The notes under the pieces are model-generated. The model worked only from the letters and a program-made list of their open reading frames with translations, had not been told where the DNA came from and made no database searches. Shown here piece by piece: positions 46,922 to 55,078 of a stretch of DNA of 64,000 nucleotides. Location of the stretch: IMG/VR virus record IMGVR_UViG_3300037962_000518, positions 7,960 to 71,959 of that record. One strand, given 5' to 3'. Source of the stretch: a virus (taxonomy: Duplodnaviria; Heunggongvirae; Uroviricota; Caudoviricetes). Positions within the stretch are counted from its first letter, which is position 1, and each line of letters starts with the position of its first letter. Made by a program: the position numbers and the translations under genes.

Positions 46922-47410
46922 CTACTTCCATGAATTCATGTTTTTAATAGCTTGAGTATTTCTTGTACCAAACCACCACGTTACAGCAGTGATTGTTAAG
47001 AATACAATTCCTGAGATTATATCACTGTATAACAAGATTATTTGATCCATAGGAAGGGCTTCCATACCTCCTACAAGCTCATTTACTTGCAACCCTATCA
47101 TAGTCATAAGGTACATGAGATAAGCTGTTATAATAGGCCGTACAATTGCTCTAATGTTATCTGCCCAAGAAGATGTAGTTTGTTGGGATGTTACAAAAGC
47201 TTTTCCTTCAAGCTCTTTCTCAGTAAGGTCTCCTTGAAGCTGTAATTCTTTTCTCTTATTCTCTGCATTGAGTTGGGACATCTTATAATCATGCGCCCAT
47301 TCTGATTCCTTAAACTTCCTCTCCTCTTTCCTTGTGAAGTAACTTCCTACCATACCTACCAAACCTCCAAGTAAAGGAGATCCGAGTATAGTTAGTATAC
47401 CTTCAATCAT
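46922..47410 (-). CDS. Holin-like membrane protein (162 aa)
   Basis: N-terminal TM (ILTILGSPLLGGLVGMVGSYF), a charged linker, then two C-terminal TM helices. Confidence 0.45.
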   Translation of the reverse strand: MIEGILTILGSPLLGGLVGMVGSYFTRKEERKFKESEWAHDYKMSQLNAENKRKELQLQGDLTEKELEGKAFVTSQQTTSSWADNIRAIVRPIITAYLMYLMTMIGLQVNELVGGMEALPMDQIILLYSDIISGIVFLTITAVTWWFGTRNTQAIKNMNSWK

Positions 47411-47882
47411 ATTTTTCCTCCTTAGAGGGTGTTAATTTAGCTATATATTTTTCTATATAAGGTTTTAATCTTGAGTTAACGATACATGCCCAAACAAGTA
47501 TTTCGAAGAATACTACATTTAGATAACCGTAACTTTGTTTATAAAGTTGATACAGATCTCCATCTGGTATACAATACCCTACAAAATTAATGAAGAATGC
47601 TGTACAACTTACAGTGAATAAAATTAATCCTATCCTACAACCCAAAAGACCTAATAACACACAAGAGAACGCTATACCTGCTTCGTATAACATAACTGCT
47701 TCGAAGAAAGTAAAACCCTGTTGTATTATTATGTCTGCAAGTAGAACACTCAAAGTACTCATTAGGAAACACACCAATGTTGAAATAAAATCTTTAACAT
47801 GTTCCTGCAAAAAGAGTACTACGAAAAGTACACAGTTGTAGTAGTCAAAGTTTAAGTAACTGTATGCTTCCTGAATAGTCAT
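47403..47882 (-). CDS. Polytopic membrane protein (159 aa, ~4 TM)
   Basis: Hydrophobic throughout. Confidence 0.5.
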   Translation of the reverse strand: MTIQEAYSYLNFDYYNCVLFVVLFLQEHVKDFISTLVCFLMSTLSVLLADIIIQQGFTFFEAVMLYEAGIAFSCVLLGLLGCRIGLILFTVSCTAFFINFVGYCIPDGDLYQLYKQSYGYLNVVFFEILVWACIVNSRLKPYIEKYIAKLTPSKEEKYD

Positions 47883-47964
47883 ATATTAACTATTTTCTTG
47901 TTCTTTTGGTGGTGTACTGTTTTCTTCTTTCTTTTTATCAGGTGGTGTAGCTTTAGTAGGCATA

Positions 47965-48276
47965 TTATTTTCCTTCTTTAATGTGTTGTATATCGTTTTT
48001 AATCACTTGTACACTGGTGTAGATATCTGTTAAGGTTTTCTGAGATTCTTCATACTTCTTTGTAAAATCTTTATGTACCTCTTTAAGATTATTAAGTTCA
48101 CCTCGTTGTTCAATGTGAGCTTCACTTAATTCAGCATGTTTTTCTTCTAGGTTCTTCAAACGGGCTTCCTTTTCAGAATAGTTTTGCTTTAACCTGAAAC
48201 CGAAATATCCCGCCACAATACCTATAACTGCTTTCCACCAATGAATAGCAACAACTGCTCCTAATTCAGCAGACAT
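47965..48276 (-). CDS. Membrane-anchored coiled-coil protein (103 aa)
   Basis: N-terminal TM followed by a heptad-rich K/E segment. Confidence 0.5.
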   Translation of the reverse strand: MSAELGAVVAIHWWKAVIGIVAGYFGFRLKQNYSEKEARLKNLEEKHAELSEAHIEQRGELNNLKEVHKDFTKKYEESQKTLTDIYTSVQVIKNDIQHIKEGK

Positions 48277-48302
48277 ATTTATTCCTATTTATTGTTGACT
48301 TC

Positions 48303-48332
48303 GTTTTAAGATATGCTAAGATGACGTTCTAT
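48303..48332 (+). promoter_or_regulatory. Rightward promoter TTGACT-N16-TAAGAT
   Basis: Seen upstream of the 48411 gene. Confidence 0.45.
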
Positions 48333-48410
48333 GGGTTATTTAAAACACCTCTTTAACATAGTTATTATTATACCAGAGGTGGAGTTTGTTTGCAAAATTA
48401 GGAGGTTGTT

Positions 48411-48722
48411 ATGAGTGGGTTTGATTTTAACCCTTGTATTGAAAGAGATCCACATGTAGACAATATTTATGTACTATACGCTGAGACTAAACATAAGCTT
48501 CTCAGTCATCTACTTGAACATTTAGGTTATAGTGTTACAGGTTTACAGCAAGATTATGATCTTCGACAACAACTACAGAGGGATATACATTGGGAGAAGT
48601 ATAATTATGAAGCGTGTAAAGAATATCTTTCGTATAAGGATATTCGTGTTGGTCATGTAGCTATTGTATATGATGACTTAAGTTGTTATGTTGAGGGTAA
48701 GATTTATGAAACTTTTATTTAA
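48411..48722 (+). CDS. Hypothetical protein (103 aa)
   Basis: ORF with AGGAGG RBS. Confidence 0.5.
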   Translation: MSGFDFNPCIERDPHVDNIYVLYAETKHKLLSHLLEHLGYSVTGLQQDYDLRQQLQRDIHWEKYNYEACKEYLSYKDIRVGHVAIVYDDLSCYVEGKIYETFI

Positions 48723-48734
48723 GGAGGATATTTA

Positions 48735-49163
48735 ATGAGATTCAGAGGAGAGTACAGCTTCTTATCAAATTTTCAATATTTTGATAAACCAATGCAATAT
48801 GGAGATTTAACCTTTCCCACAAATGAGCATTTCTATGTGGCAATGAAAACGTTAGATCAAGATTTACGTAAGCAAGTGTCGGAACATCCTTTGAAAGGTT
48901 TAAAATCTTTTGGAAACACATTACCTTTACGAGAAGATTGGGATGATATTAAAGACAAGGTGATGGAGTTTGGTCTAAGGTATAAATATTCTTGGAATAA
49001 TCCACGTTTACGGAGAAAGTTATCTGCCACAAAAGGTATTGAACTAGTGGAAGGTAATTGGCATGGTGATAATTATTGGGGATTTTGTCTGAAGACAGAG
49101 CAAGGTGAGAATCGTTTAGGGAAACTACTTATGAAGATTAGAGATGAGATTGAGGAGGATTAA
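48735..49163 (+). CDS. NADAR (YbiA-like, DUF1768) family protein
   Basis: FRGEYSFLSNF...TNEHFYVAMK...W...KVME...LVEGN..D.YWG...GENRLGKLLMKIR matches the YbiA/NADAR motif series. Confidence 0.65.
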   Translation: MRFRGEYSFLSNFQYFDKPMQYGDLTFPTNEHFYVAMKTLDQDLRKQVSEHPLKGLKSFGNTLPLREDWDDIKDKVMEFGLRYKYSWNNPRLRRKLSATKGIELVEGNWHGDNYWGFCLKTEQGENRLGKLLMKIRDEIEED

Positions 49164-49165
49164 TA

Positions 49166-49357
49166 TTGGATGAAAATAATTATTACAACATTACAGAAGA
49201 TTATAAACATATCTTGAATAAAATTAGTAAGGGCACAGGCTTACCTATTGAAAGAATTATCATAGAGTTACACCCTTGTGGTGAAGATTGTATATTTGAT
49301 AGTGCTACAGGTAAGTGGTTTGGTTATGCGAGTGAATATTTGGAGGAGGAGAATTGA
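49166..49357 (+). CDS. Hypothetical protein (63 aa)
   Basis: ORF. Confidence 0.4.
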   Translation: MDENNYYNITEDYKHILNKISKGTGLPIERIIIELHPCGEDCIFDSATGKWFGYASEYLEEEN

Positions 49358-51117
49358 GTTTAGATTTTAGTAAACTAACAGAGCAACAGGTCATTGATAT
49401 GATGTACCCTGCTCAGAAAGAAGCGTATCTTGAATGTAGGTATGGTAAAGGGGATGTACTGATTACCTCGGAGGCAGGTTTTGGTAAGTCTTTCATCATC
49501 GATGCACTTGGCTACTACGCAGATGCAGACACTATTATCACAGGTACTTCAGGAATTGCAGCTACAAATGTCGATGGTATGACAACACATAGGACGTTAT
49601 CGATACCTGTAGGTATTCCTACTAAAAAGGATCTTAGTAAGGTGGGTTCATGTTATAGAGGTATCTTTAAGAAAGGGCATCCTGTAAAAAATATTATTAT
49701 TGATGAGTTCCCTATGTTCGGAGTGGATGCTTTAGAAGGGTTGATTGAACGTAGACAAAGAGCAAGTAAGACATCTAAACATAAAAGGGTGAGATTATTA
49801 CTATTCGGTGACTTTTTCCAGATCCCTAGTCCTACTCCAAGGAAAACGGTTAAAATGTTAAAAGAGCGTTACGGTACAACCAAAATGATCAATAGTGAGA
49901 TGTACAAAAGTCTAGATTTAAAGGTATTTGAACTTGACCAAAATAAAAGAAGTGGTGATGATAAAGTATTTAGCTGCCATCTGAGCAATCTTCGTGAAGG
50001 TAAGGATTTGGACAATGTGTTAGAATATCTTAATCAATATGTACGTGAACCTGATCAGAATGCTGTATACCTAACACCACATAACGTTACAGCGGATAAG
50101 ATTAATCAGGAAGTGTTCGATAAGAATCCTAACCCTGTTTACCGTTATCAAGCTAAAGTTACAGGTAAATTTCCTGAACGAGATAGGAAACTTCCTGATG
50201 TTATTGAACTAAAAGAAGGGTTAAGAGTTCGTAGTACATTTAACGATACGTCCGAGGAAAGCCTTTTCGTAAATGGTAGTTGTGGTGTTATTTTAAACCT
50301 TTTTGAAGATTGTGTTGAAGTTAAATTTGATAATGGTAATACTTGTCTTATTGAGCCTCAGATGCAGGAGAATAAGGAGTATTTTACAAACAAAGAAGAT
50401 GAATTAGAAAGTAAGGTGGTTGGTAGATTTGCACAAATTGGCTTGAAACAGTGTTCTGCTGTATCTATACACGCTTGTCAAGGTTTGACATTAGATAAGG
50501 TAGCTATTGATTTATCTAAAGGTGCATTCGAATATGGGCAGGTGTATGTTGCTGTGAGTAGGTTGCGCAAAGTTGAAGGGTTGTATCTCAAAGTACCTAT
50601 CCAGAAATCTGACATATTGGTTGACGAAGATGTCAAGAAGTATTATGCTTCTATCAGAGGTGAAGAATATGTACCAGATATGAATCAAGGTTTGACAGAT
50701 AAGCAAAAGCAATTTAAACTTAGATTAATTGTTGCAGGTGGGAGAGATTTCAAAGACTCTACATATGCTTACCAAGCTTTAGATTTCATGCTTAAGAATT
50801 ATAACAAAGGTGATGTTATGATATTAGATGGTGGTGCAACAGGTGCTGATAGGGTTGGAAGAGAATATGCCATTAGTCGTAATATTTACTTTGAAACTTT
50901 CGAAGCAGATTGGAAAGATTTAACTAAGCGCCCTTGTAAGATAAAAAGTAATTCTTATGGAGAGTATAACTGTTTAGCAGGTTTAAATAGAAATAAAAAT
51001 ATGGGAGATATAGCTACTCATGCTGTTGTATTCTGGGATGGTAAATCTACTGGAAGTGAACATATGAAAAGCTATATGGAAGAATTAGGAAAGCCTGTCA
51101 AGGTGTTTAAATACTAG
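49354..51117 (+). CDS. Pif1/RecD-like SF1B helicase fused to C-terminal DUF2493 (DprA/LOG-like Rossmann) domain
   Basis: TSEAGFGKSFII (Walker A), TGTSGIAATNV.GMTTHRTLSIP (motif Ia), IIDEFPMFG (motif II). The C-terminal ~150 aa, LIVAGGRD...LDGGATGADRVGREYA...FEADW...NRNKNM...AVVFWDGKSTGSEHM, matches DUF2493. Confidence 0.65.
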   Translation: MSLDFSKLTEQQVIDMMYPAQKEAYLECRYGKGDVLITSEAGFGKSFIIDALGYYADADTIITGTSGIAATNVDGMTTHRTLSIPVGIPTKKDLSKVGSCYRGIFKKGHPVKNIIIDEFPMFGVDALEGLIERRQRASKTSKHKRVRLLLFGDFFQIPSPTPRKTVKMLKERYGTTKMINSEMYKSLDLKVFELDQNKRSGDDKVFSCHLSNLREGKDLDNVLEYLNQYVREPDQNAVYLTPHNVTADKINQEVFDKNPNPVYRYQAKVTGKFPERDRKLPDVIELKEGLRVRSTFNDTSEESLFVNGSCGVILNLFEDCVEVKFDNGNTCLIEPQMQENKEYFTNKEDELESKVVGRFAQIGLKQCSAVSIHACQGLTLDKVAIDLSKGAFEYGQVYVAVSRLRKVEGLYLKVPIQKSDILVDEDVKKYYASIRGEEYVPDMNQGLTDKQKQFKLRLIVAGGRDFKDSTYAYQALDFMLKNYNKGDVMILDGGATGADRVGREYAISRNIYFETFEADWKDLTKRPCKIKSNSYGEYNCLAGLNRNKNMGDIATHAVVFWDGKSTGSEHMKSYMEELGKPVKVFKY

Positions 51118-51126
51118 GAGAAAATT

Positions 51127-51366
51127 ATGAGTAACGTATCAGTCATAAAAGAAGATGGATACTATCTGAAGATAATTATGGATCGTGATGTTATAAATAA
51201 TTTACCAAAACATATATTGCATGAGACACCATTAGCTGAATATATGGTACTAGGTAATGAGGAAGAGATTAGTATTATTGAAAATATTCTTGGAGAAAGG
51301 ATCTCAGGAAACTATTGCTTCGATTGGTTTCTTATTTACGAAAAAGGAAAGAATAATGAATTTTAG
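51127..51366 (+). CDS. Hypothetical protein (79 aa)
   Basis: ORF. Confidence 0.45.
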   Translation: MSNVSVIKEDGYYLKIIMDRDVINNLPKHILHETPLAEYMVLGNEEEISIIENILGERISGNYCFDWFLIYEKGKNNEF

Positions 51367-51532
51367 ATTAGATTACGTTGAGTTTGAAAAATTAAAAGCG
51401 TTTATAGAAGAATTTGGTGTTGAAGAAGTTAATATTTCATACCAACGCGGGAGTGGTATTGGTGTTAGTATCATTGCAACAGATATTAATACTGATATGA
51501 AAGCAGATATTACAAACTATGATAATTGGTAG
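51357..51532 (+). CDS. Hypothetical protein (~58 aa, MNFRLDYVEF...)
   Basis: Internal ATG overlapping the upstream stop (ATGAATTTTAG). The longer ORF-track version overlaps the previous gene. Confidence 0.4.
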
Positions 51533-51544
51533 GAGGAGGGTGAT

Positions 51545-51715
51545 ATGGAAGTAAGGTTAGCAGAAAGAAACTGTTCATGTAGAGGATGCGATAAAACTTT
51601 AAAACGTCATGTTGATAAGGGTTTCTTTCATTATTCTTCTGCAAATCGTGGAATGAATATTATATTTTGTAAAGAATGTTGTTTGAAGATTCTTAAACTT
51701 TGGGAGAAAGAATGA
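51545..51715 (+). CDS. Small zinc-ribbon protein (56 aa, MEVRLAERNCSCRGCDK...)
   Basis: Not in the ORF track. Strong GGAGGAGGGTG RBS; CxC...CxxC pairs; ATGA overlap with the next gene. Confidence 0.5.
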   Translation: MEVRLAERNCSCRGCDKTLKRHVDKGFFHYSSANRGMNIIFCKECCLKILKLWEKE

Positions 51716-52578
51716 CTAAGATATCAGTAATTGATACAGAAACAGTATCTATGAAAGGAGCTATTTGTGAATTTGGTATAACAACGTTTGAAGGTGATCA
51801 ATTCTTAAAAGTTGAATCTTCTATTGGTACATGTGTTAATCCAAAAACACCAATATCTTTCGAAGCAATGAACGTACATCATATCACAGAAGAAGATGTT
51901 AAAGATGCACCAGAAATTAACGATGTACTGAAAGACCATCCTCTAGCCGATAGTGATTATGTTGTAGCGCATAACTTATCTTATGAACTTGCAGTGTTAC
52001 CAGAGGATTACTTTCCTGAAAATGTTCGTAAGCTTTGTACGTTAAAACTTGCTAAGTTGCTTTACCCTGTTGGTGAAGTAGAGTCACATAAGTTAGGTGT
52101 GTTGTATTATCAGTGGGGAATTTATAAAGATCCTAGATTACAAGTTATGGATGTACAACTCCACAGCGCAAAAGATGACACTATTGTTACAGGTTTAGTA
52201 TTAGAATATATGTTAGCTGATAATGATTTAACTATTGATCAAGCTTGGGAATTATGTTACGATTTTAAAACTTGTAAAGGTGGTAAGAGGTATAAGTCTG
52301 AGAAATGGGAGGATATTATTACTAAGGATTATGATTACGTACAGTATACTTTTGAAAATACAGAGCTTGATCAAGAGGAGTTGGATTATCTAGAAGAACT
52401 ACTTTCTAAACATAAACATCTTAAGGAAGACCAGCTTAAGTTATGTAAGAAATCTAAGTATCTGGATATCCCTTGGCAAAAAGTTGTTGAAGATGATATT
52501 GATTATGTAAACTTCCTTTTGAAGAATAACTATTTGAAAGGTGATGAGTTGGAATATGTGCAAAGTTTATTAAAATAG
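51712..52578 (+). CDS. DnaQ-like (DEDDh) 3'-5' exonuclease
   Basis: VIDTETV (Exo I), AHNLSYELAV (Exo II), HSAKDD (Exo III). Start taken at MTKIS. Confidence 0.65.
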   Translation: MTKISVIDTETVSMKGAICEFGITTFEGDQFLKVESSIGTCVNPKTPISFEAMNVHHITEEDVKDAPEINDVLKDHPLADSDYVVAHNLSYELAVLPEDYFPENVRKLCTLKLAKLLYPVGEVESHKLGVLYYQWGIYKDPRLQVMDVQLHSAKDDTIVTGLVLEYMLADNDLTIDQAWELCYDFKTCKGGKRYKSEKWEDIITKDYDYVQYTFENTELDQEELDYLEELLSKHKHLKEDQLKLCKKSKYLDIPWQKVVEDDIDYVNFLLKNNYLKGDELEYVQSLLK

Positions 52579-52581
52579 TAT

Positions 52582-52609
52582 TTGACAACGTAATATTTTA
52601 GTATATAAT
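52582..52609 (+). promoter_or_regulatory. Consensus promoter TTGACA-N16-TATAAT
   Basis: Exact -35 and -10 hexamers, seen directly. Confidence 0.65.
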
Positions 52610-52619
52610 GAATATTAAG

Positions 52620-52900
52620 AGTTGAGGGAAAGGAAGATTTCAATCAAAAGCGAGTGGTGATGGCGACATCCTTCGTAGAGAAACAAACGTTACGACCAGT
52701 GGATATTATTGTAGCTGGTTTGCAAAGCAACTCTTGTCAAGCCCACTCATTGACGTACGAGCGTGAGGTATCCCGTTTAAACTTCTCAAATAAAGAACTA
52801 CTTAGGACTGTTGTTCTTACGAGCAAACGGTGTCTATGCAGAAGCTAACCCGATCTGCACACGAGTCGCTACGTGAACAGGGTTATTTAAATGCATTGTA
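52620..52900 (+). ncRNA. Candidate non-coding RNA / structured leader (promoter-driven, GC-richer than its surroundings, no credible ORF)
   Basis: Lies downstream of a consensus promoter. Its composition is visibly less AT-rich than the flanks, and the only ORF (64 aa) lacks an RBS. Identity unknown. Confidence 0.3.
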
Positions 52901-53051
52901 AGAGGAATAAATATGAAAGATGATTATGAACCTTTAATTGGTGATGATCAAGGCTTAGATTATCTAGGTAATGAAGTTACTTTACCGTAAAGGTATGTTT
53001 ATCGAGGTTACTGGTTATCCTGATGTAAAAATATTCAAAACCTTCGTCCAC

Positions 53052-53126
53052 GCTTCTGTCGTATAATGCTTATTACCTCTGGCTTCCAACCAGATGATAG
53101 GGGTTGAATTCCCCTCAGAAGCTCCA
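53052..53126 (+). tRNA. Non-canonical tRNA-Gly(UCC)-like gene with encoded CCA
   Basis: 7-bp acceptor stem GCTTCTG/CAGAAGC, perfect anticodon stem TCTGG/CCAGA, loop cTTCCaa (anticodon TCC), T-arm AGGGG-TTGAATT-CCCCT, discriminator T then CCA. The D-arm is weak and lacks GG, and the T-loop has G at position 56. Confidence 0.45.
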
Positions 53127-53131
53127 ACAAT

Positions 53132-53160
53132 TTGACAACATCAAAATACTCATATATACT
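53132..53160 (+). promoter_or_regulatory. Promoter TTGACA-N17-TATACT
   Basis: Seen directly, just 3' of the tRNA-like element. Confidence 0.55.
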
Positions 53161-53238
53161 TAAATTATAGATTAGTTTAAAAAGAAATCTTTTCAGAAGA
53201 AATCTTCAAAATATTATTATTCATGATATACTCCTTAC

Positions 53239-53260
53239 AAGAACCTTAGAGTTCTTTTTA
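53239..53260 (+). terminator. Intrinsic terminator AAGAAC-cttaga-GTTCTT-TTTA
   Basis: Hairpin followed by a T-run ~75 nt downstream of the promoter; a short transcript is implied. Confidence 0.4.
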
Positions 53261-53372
53261 AAATAATCTCTAGCTGCACCAGATAAAACTTTCACAATCA
53301 CCTCTAATAGCAGGTTGTTGATCGCTGGTGTTCAGCACCAAATTAATAACAATAATAAACAGGAACAATAAT

Positions 53373-53609
53373 ATGCGATGTAAATGTTGTAACGCAGAAA
53401 TACGTTATGTAACAACTCGTCAAATCAAAGTTCCCCATCCTACACAAAAAGGTCATTATAAAATCGTCCATGAAGAAGAAGACCTTTGTCGTAAATGTAT
53501 CTCTATTTCAGAAAACTTTTCAAATGGCTACATTGAGGATGAGGATTTCGATGTATCTTCTCTTGGTGTGGATATCTCTTCTATCTCAGATACGTTTGAC
53601 GAATATTAA
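53373..53609 (+). CDS. Small zinc-finger protein (78 aa, MRCKCCNAEIRYV...)
   Basis: CxCC...CRKC pairs. Start taken at the internal ATG rather than the GTG at 53328. Confidence 0.45.
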   Translation: MRCKCCNAEIRYVTTRQIKVPHPTQKGHYKIVHEEEDLCRKCISISENFSNGYIEDEDFDVSSLGVDISSISDTFDEY

Positions 53610-53753
53610 ATTTCAACAATAATAAGAGCATTGAGCAAAAGATGCCTCTCCTCTAATAATAAGCCTTTCTAAGGGCAACACTTCCGAGAGATTTTTCTTC
53701 TCCTTTTTAATCTCTCCGCTGACAACTTGCGTAAAGTTGTATTCTCCTCCTCA

Positions 53754-53776
53754 GCCCGCCTCGTGCGGGCTTTTTT
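53754..53776 (+). terminator. Intrinsic terminator GCCCGCC-tcgt-GCGGGC-TTTTTT
   Basis: GC-rich hairpin followed by T6. Confidence 0.7.
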
Positions 53777-53794
53777 ATACCTGCAATAAAATAT

Positions 53795-53823
53795 TTGACA
53801 AATAAGATTCTTATATTAAACTA
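53795..53823 (+). promoter_or_regulatory. Possible promoter (TTGACA with poor -10)
   Basis: ATATTTGACAA context as in the other promoters; the -10 element is weak (TAAACT). Confidence 0.3.
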
Positions 53824-53855
53824 TACGATATTCAAAACACACATAAGGCAAAGAT

Positions 53856-54239
53856 ATGAATATTCTAAATAACACTGTCGTAGTAGATAGTTATCACCAA
53901 TATTTCCTTCCTGAATACAACGGTGTGGAGATGTTTATTGTTTGTAAGCGTAGTCATCTAGTGTTAGCTAAAATCTCTCCACAAGGGCATCTAGAGGTGT
54001 TTAAAGGGTATAAGTTTGACAAGAATGTTCCTGTTGTAGAAGATGCCTTGTTGGTGAGAAGTGTCCTTACACAATTGTATAATATTCACCACGGAAGGGA
54101 CTTTTACTCTCGTAAAGATATTGATATCATCTTCTGTAATGTTATGAAACAATTTGGTGAGAAATATATTTATAGAAAGTGTTGTTATTTTGGAAGTGTG
54201 TGTTATTCTATGTGGGAAAAGTTTTTAAAGAAGTATTGA
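53856..54239 (+). CDS. Hypothetical protein (127 aa)
   Basis: ORF. Confidence 0.5.
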   Translation: MNILNNTVVVDSYHQYFLPEYNGVEMFIVCKRSHLVLAKISPQGHLEVFKGYKFDKNVPVVEDALLVRSVLTQLYNIHHGRDFYSRKDIDIIFCNVMKQFGEKYIYRKCCYFGSVCYSMWEKFLKKY

Positions 54240-54251
54240 GGAGAATATCAG

Positions 54252-54701
54252 ATGGTGAAGAAGCAACGAAATAAAATTAAACCTTATAAAACTACACCTT
54301 ACCGAGAAGGGTGTCATTCACAAAAGGAATACACTCTGCCTTTCAAGGATTCTGTTGGTAACACAGCTTTGATTACATACTGTGATTTTGTTAATAAGAA
54401 GGGTGTTCTCGTGGAAGGACATGTTCTTTATGTGAAGTGGGTTAATGAATTGGAGTATTGTGAACAGATAGTATCTTGTATCAAGAGTAATATCTTTATG
54501 GAATGTGAGATTGTGCCACATTTTGAATCTGCTTTCTATGAAATTGTTGATGAGTTGAATTGTAAAGAGTTAGATATGGTGTTACATGATATTAGGCAAG
54601 ATTCCCCTTTGTACAAGATAGATGCGTTTTGGAAATTGTTGAAGTTATCTAGCATTATTTGTGCTGTAGAGTTAGCTCGTTTGGAAGGAAAGTATGAGTG
54701 A
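54252..54701 (+). CDS. Hypothetical protein (149 aa)
   Basis: ORF. Confidence 0.5.
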   Translation: MVKKQRNKIKPYKTTPYREGCHSQKEYTLPFKDSVGNTALITYCDFVNKKGVLVEGHVLYVKWVNELEYCEQIVSCIKSNIFMECEIVPHFESAFYEIVDELNCKELDMVLHDIRQDSPLYKIDAFWKLLKLSSIICAVELARLEGKYE

Positions 54702-54981
54702 CAACAAAATATTTGATAGAGAACGTATGGAGAAAGCTTTAAATAGCGAGGTGCATATTGTACCAGAGGGACTGTCTCGTGATGAACTTAGAAAGTTTAT
54801 TATAAATGTTGGTGAAAGCGCTTTACAAGAAGATTTATCTGAAATTGATTCTGCTTACTTAGACTTACTGGACAGCGGTATTGATAAAGATATTAAACTT
54901 ATTCCAGATGAAGTGTGGGAACGTGTAGAAAGTCTCCGTAAGAAAGCTGTATTGGCACAAAACAATAAATCTATGCTATAA
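54694..54981 (+). CDS. Hypothetical acidic protein (95 aa)
   Basis: ORF overlapping the upstream gene by 8 nt. Confidence 0.45.
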   Translation: MSDNKIFDRERMEKALNSEVHIVPEGLSRDELRKFIINVGESALQEDLSEIDSAYLDLLDSGIDKDIKLIPDEVWERVESLRKKAVLAQNNKSML

Positions 54982-55078
54982 TAGACTTATCCTAAAGATA
55001 ATATCTTATAGATAATGTTTATATTTTAAAAGGTCTGCTTCTTTGAGGTGGACTTTTCGTGTTTAAGAGGAATATGCT

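Noticed and set aside
52654-52848. 64-aa ORF downstream of the consensus promoter at 52582
   Set aside because: It has no RBS and an unusual Arg/Ser/Thr-rich composition, and sits in the only GC-richer stretch of the window next to a tRNA-like element. It is more likely an untranslated structured RNA, but this is not proven.
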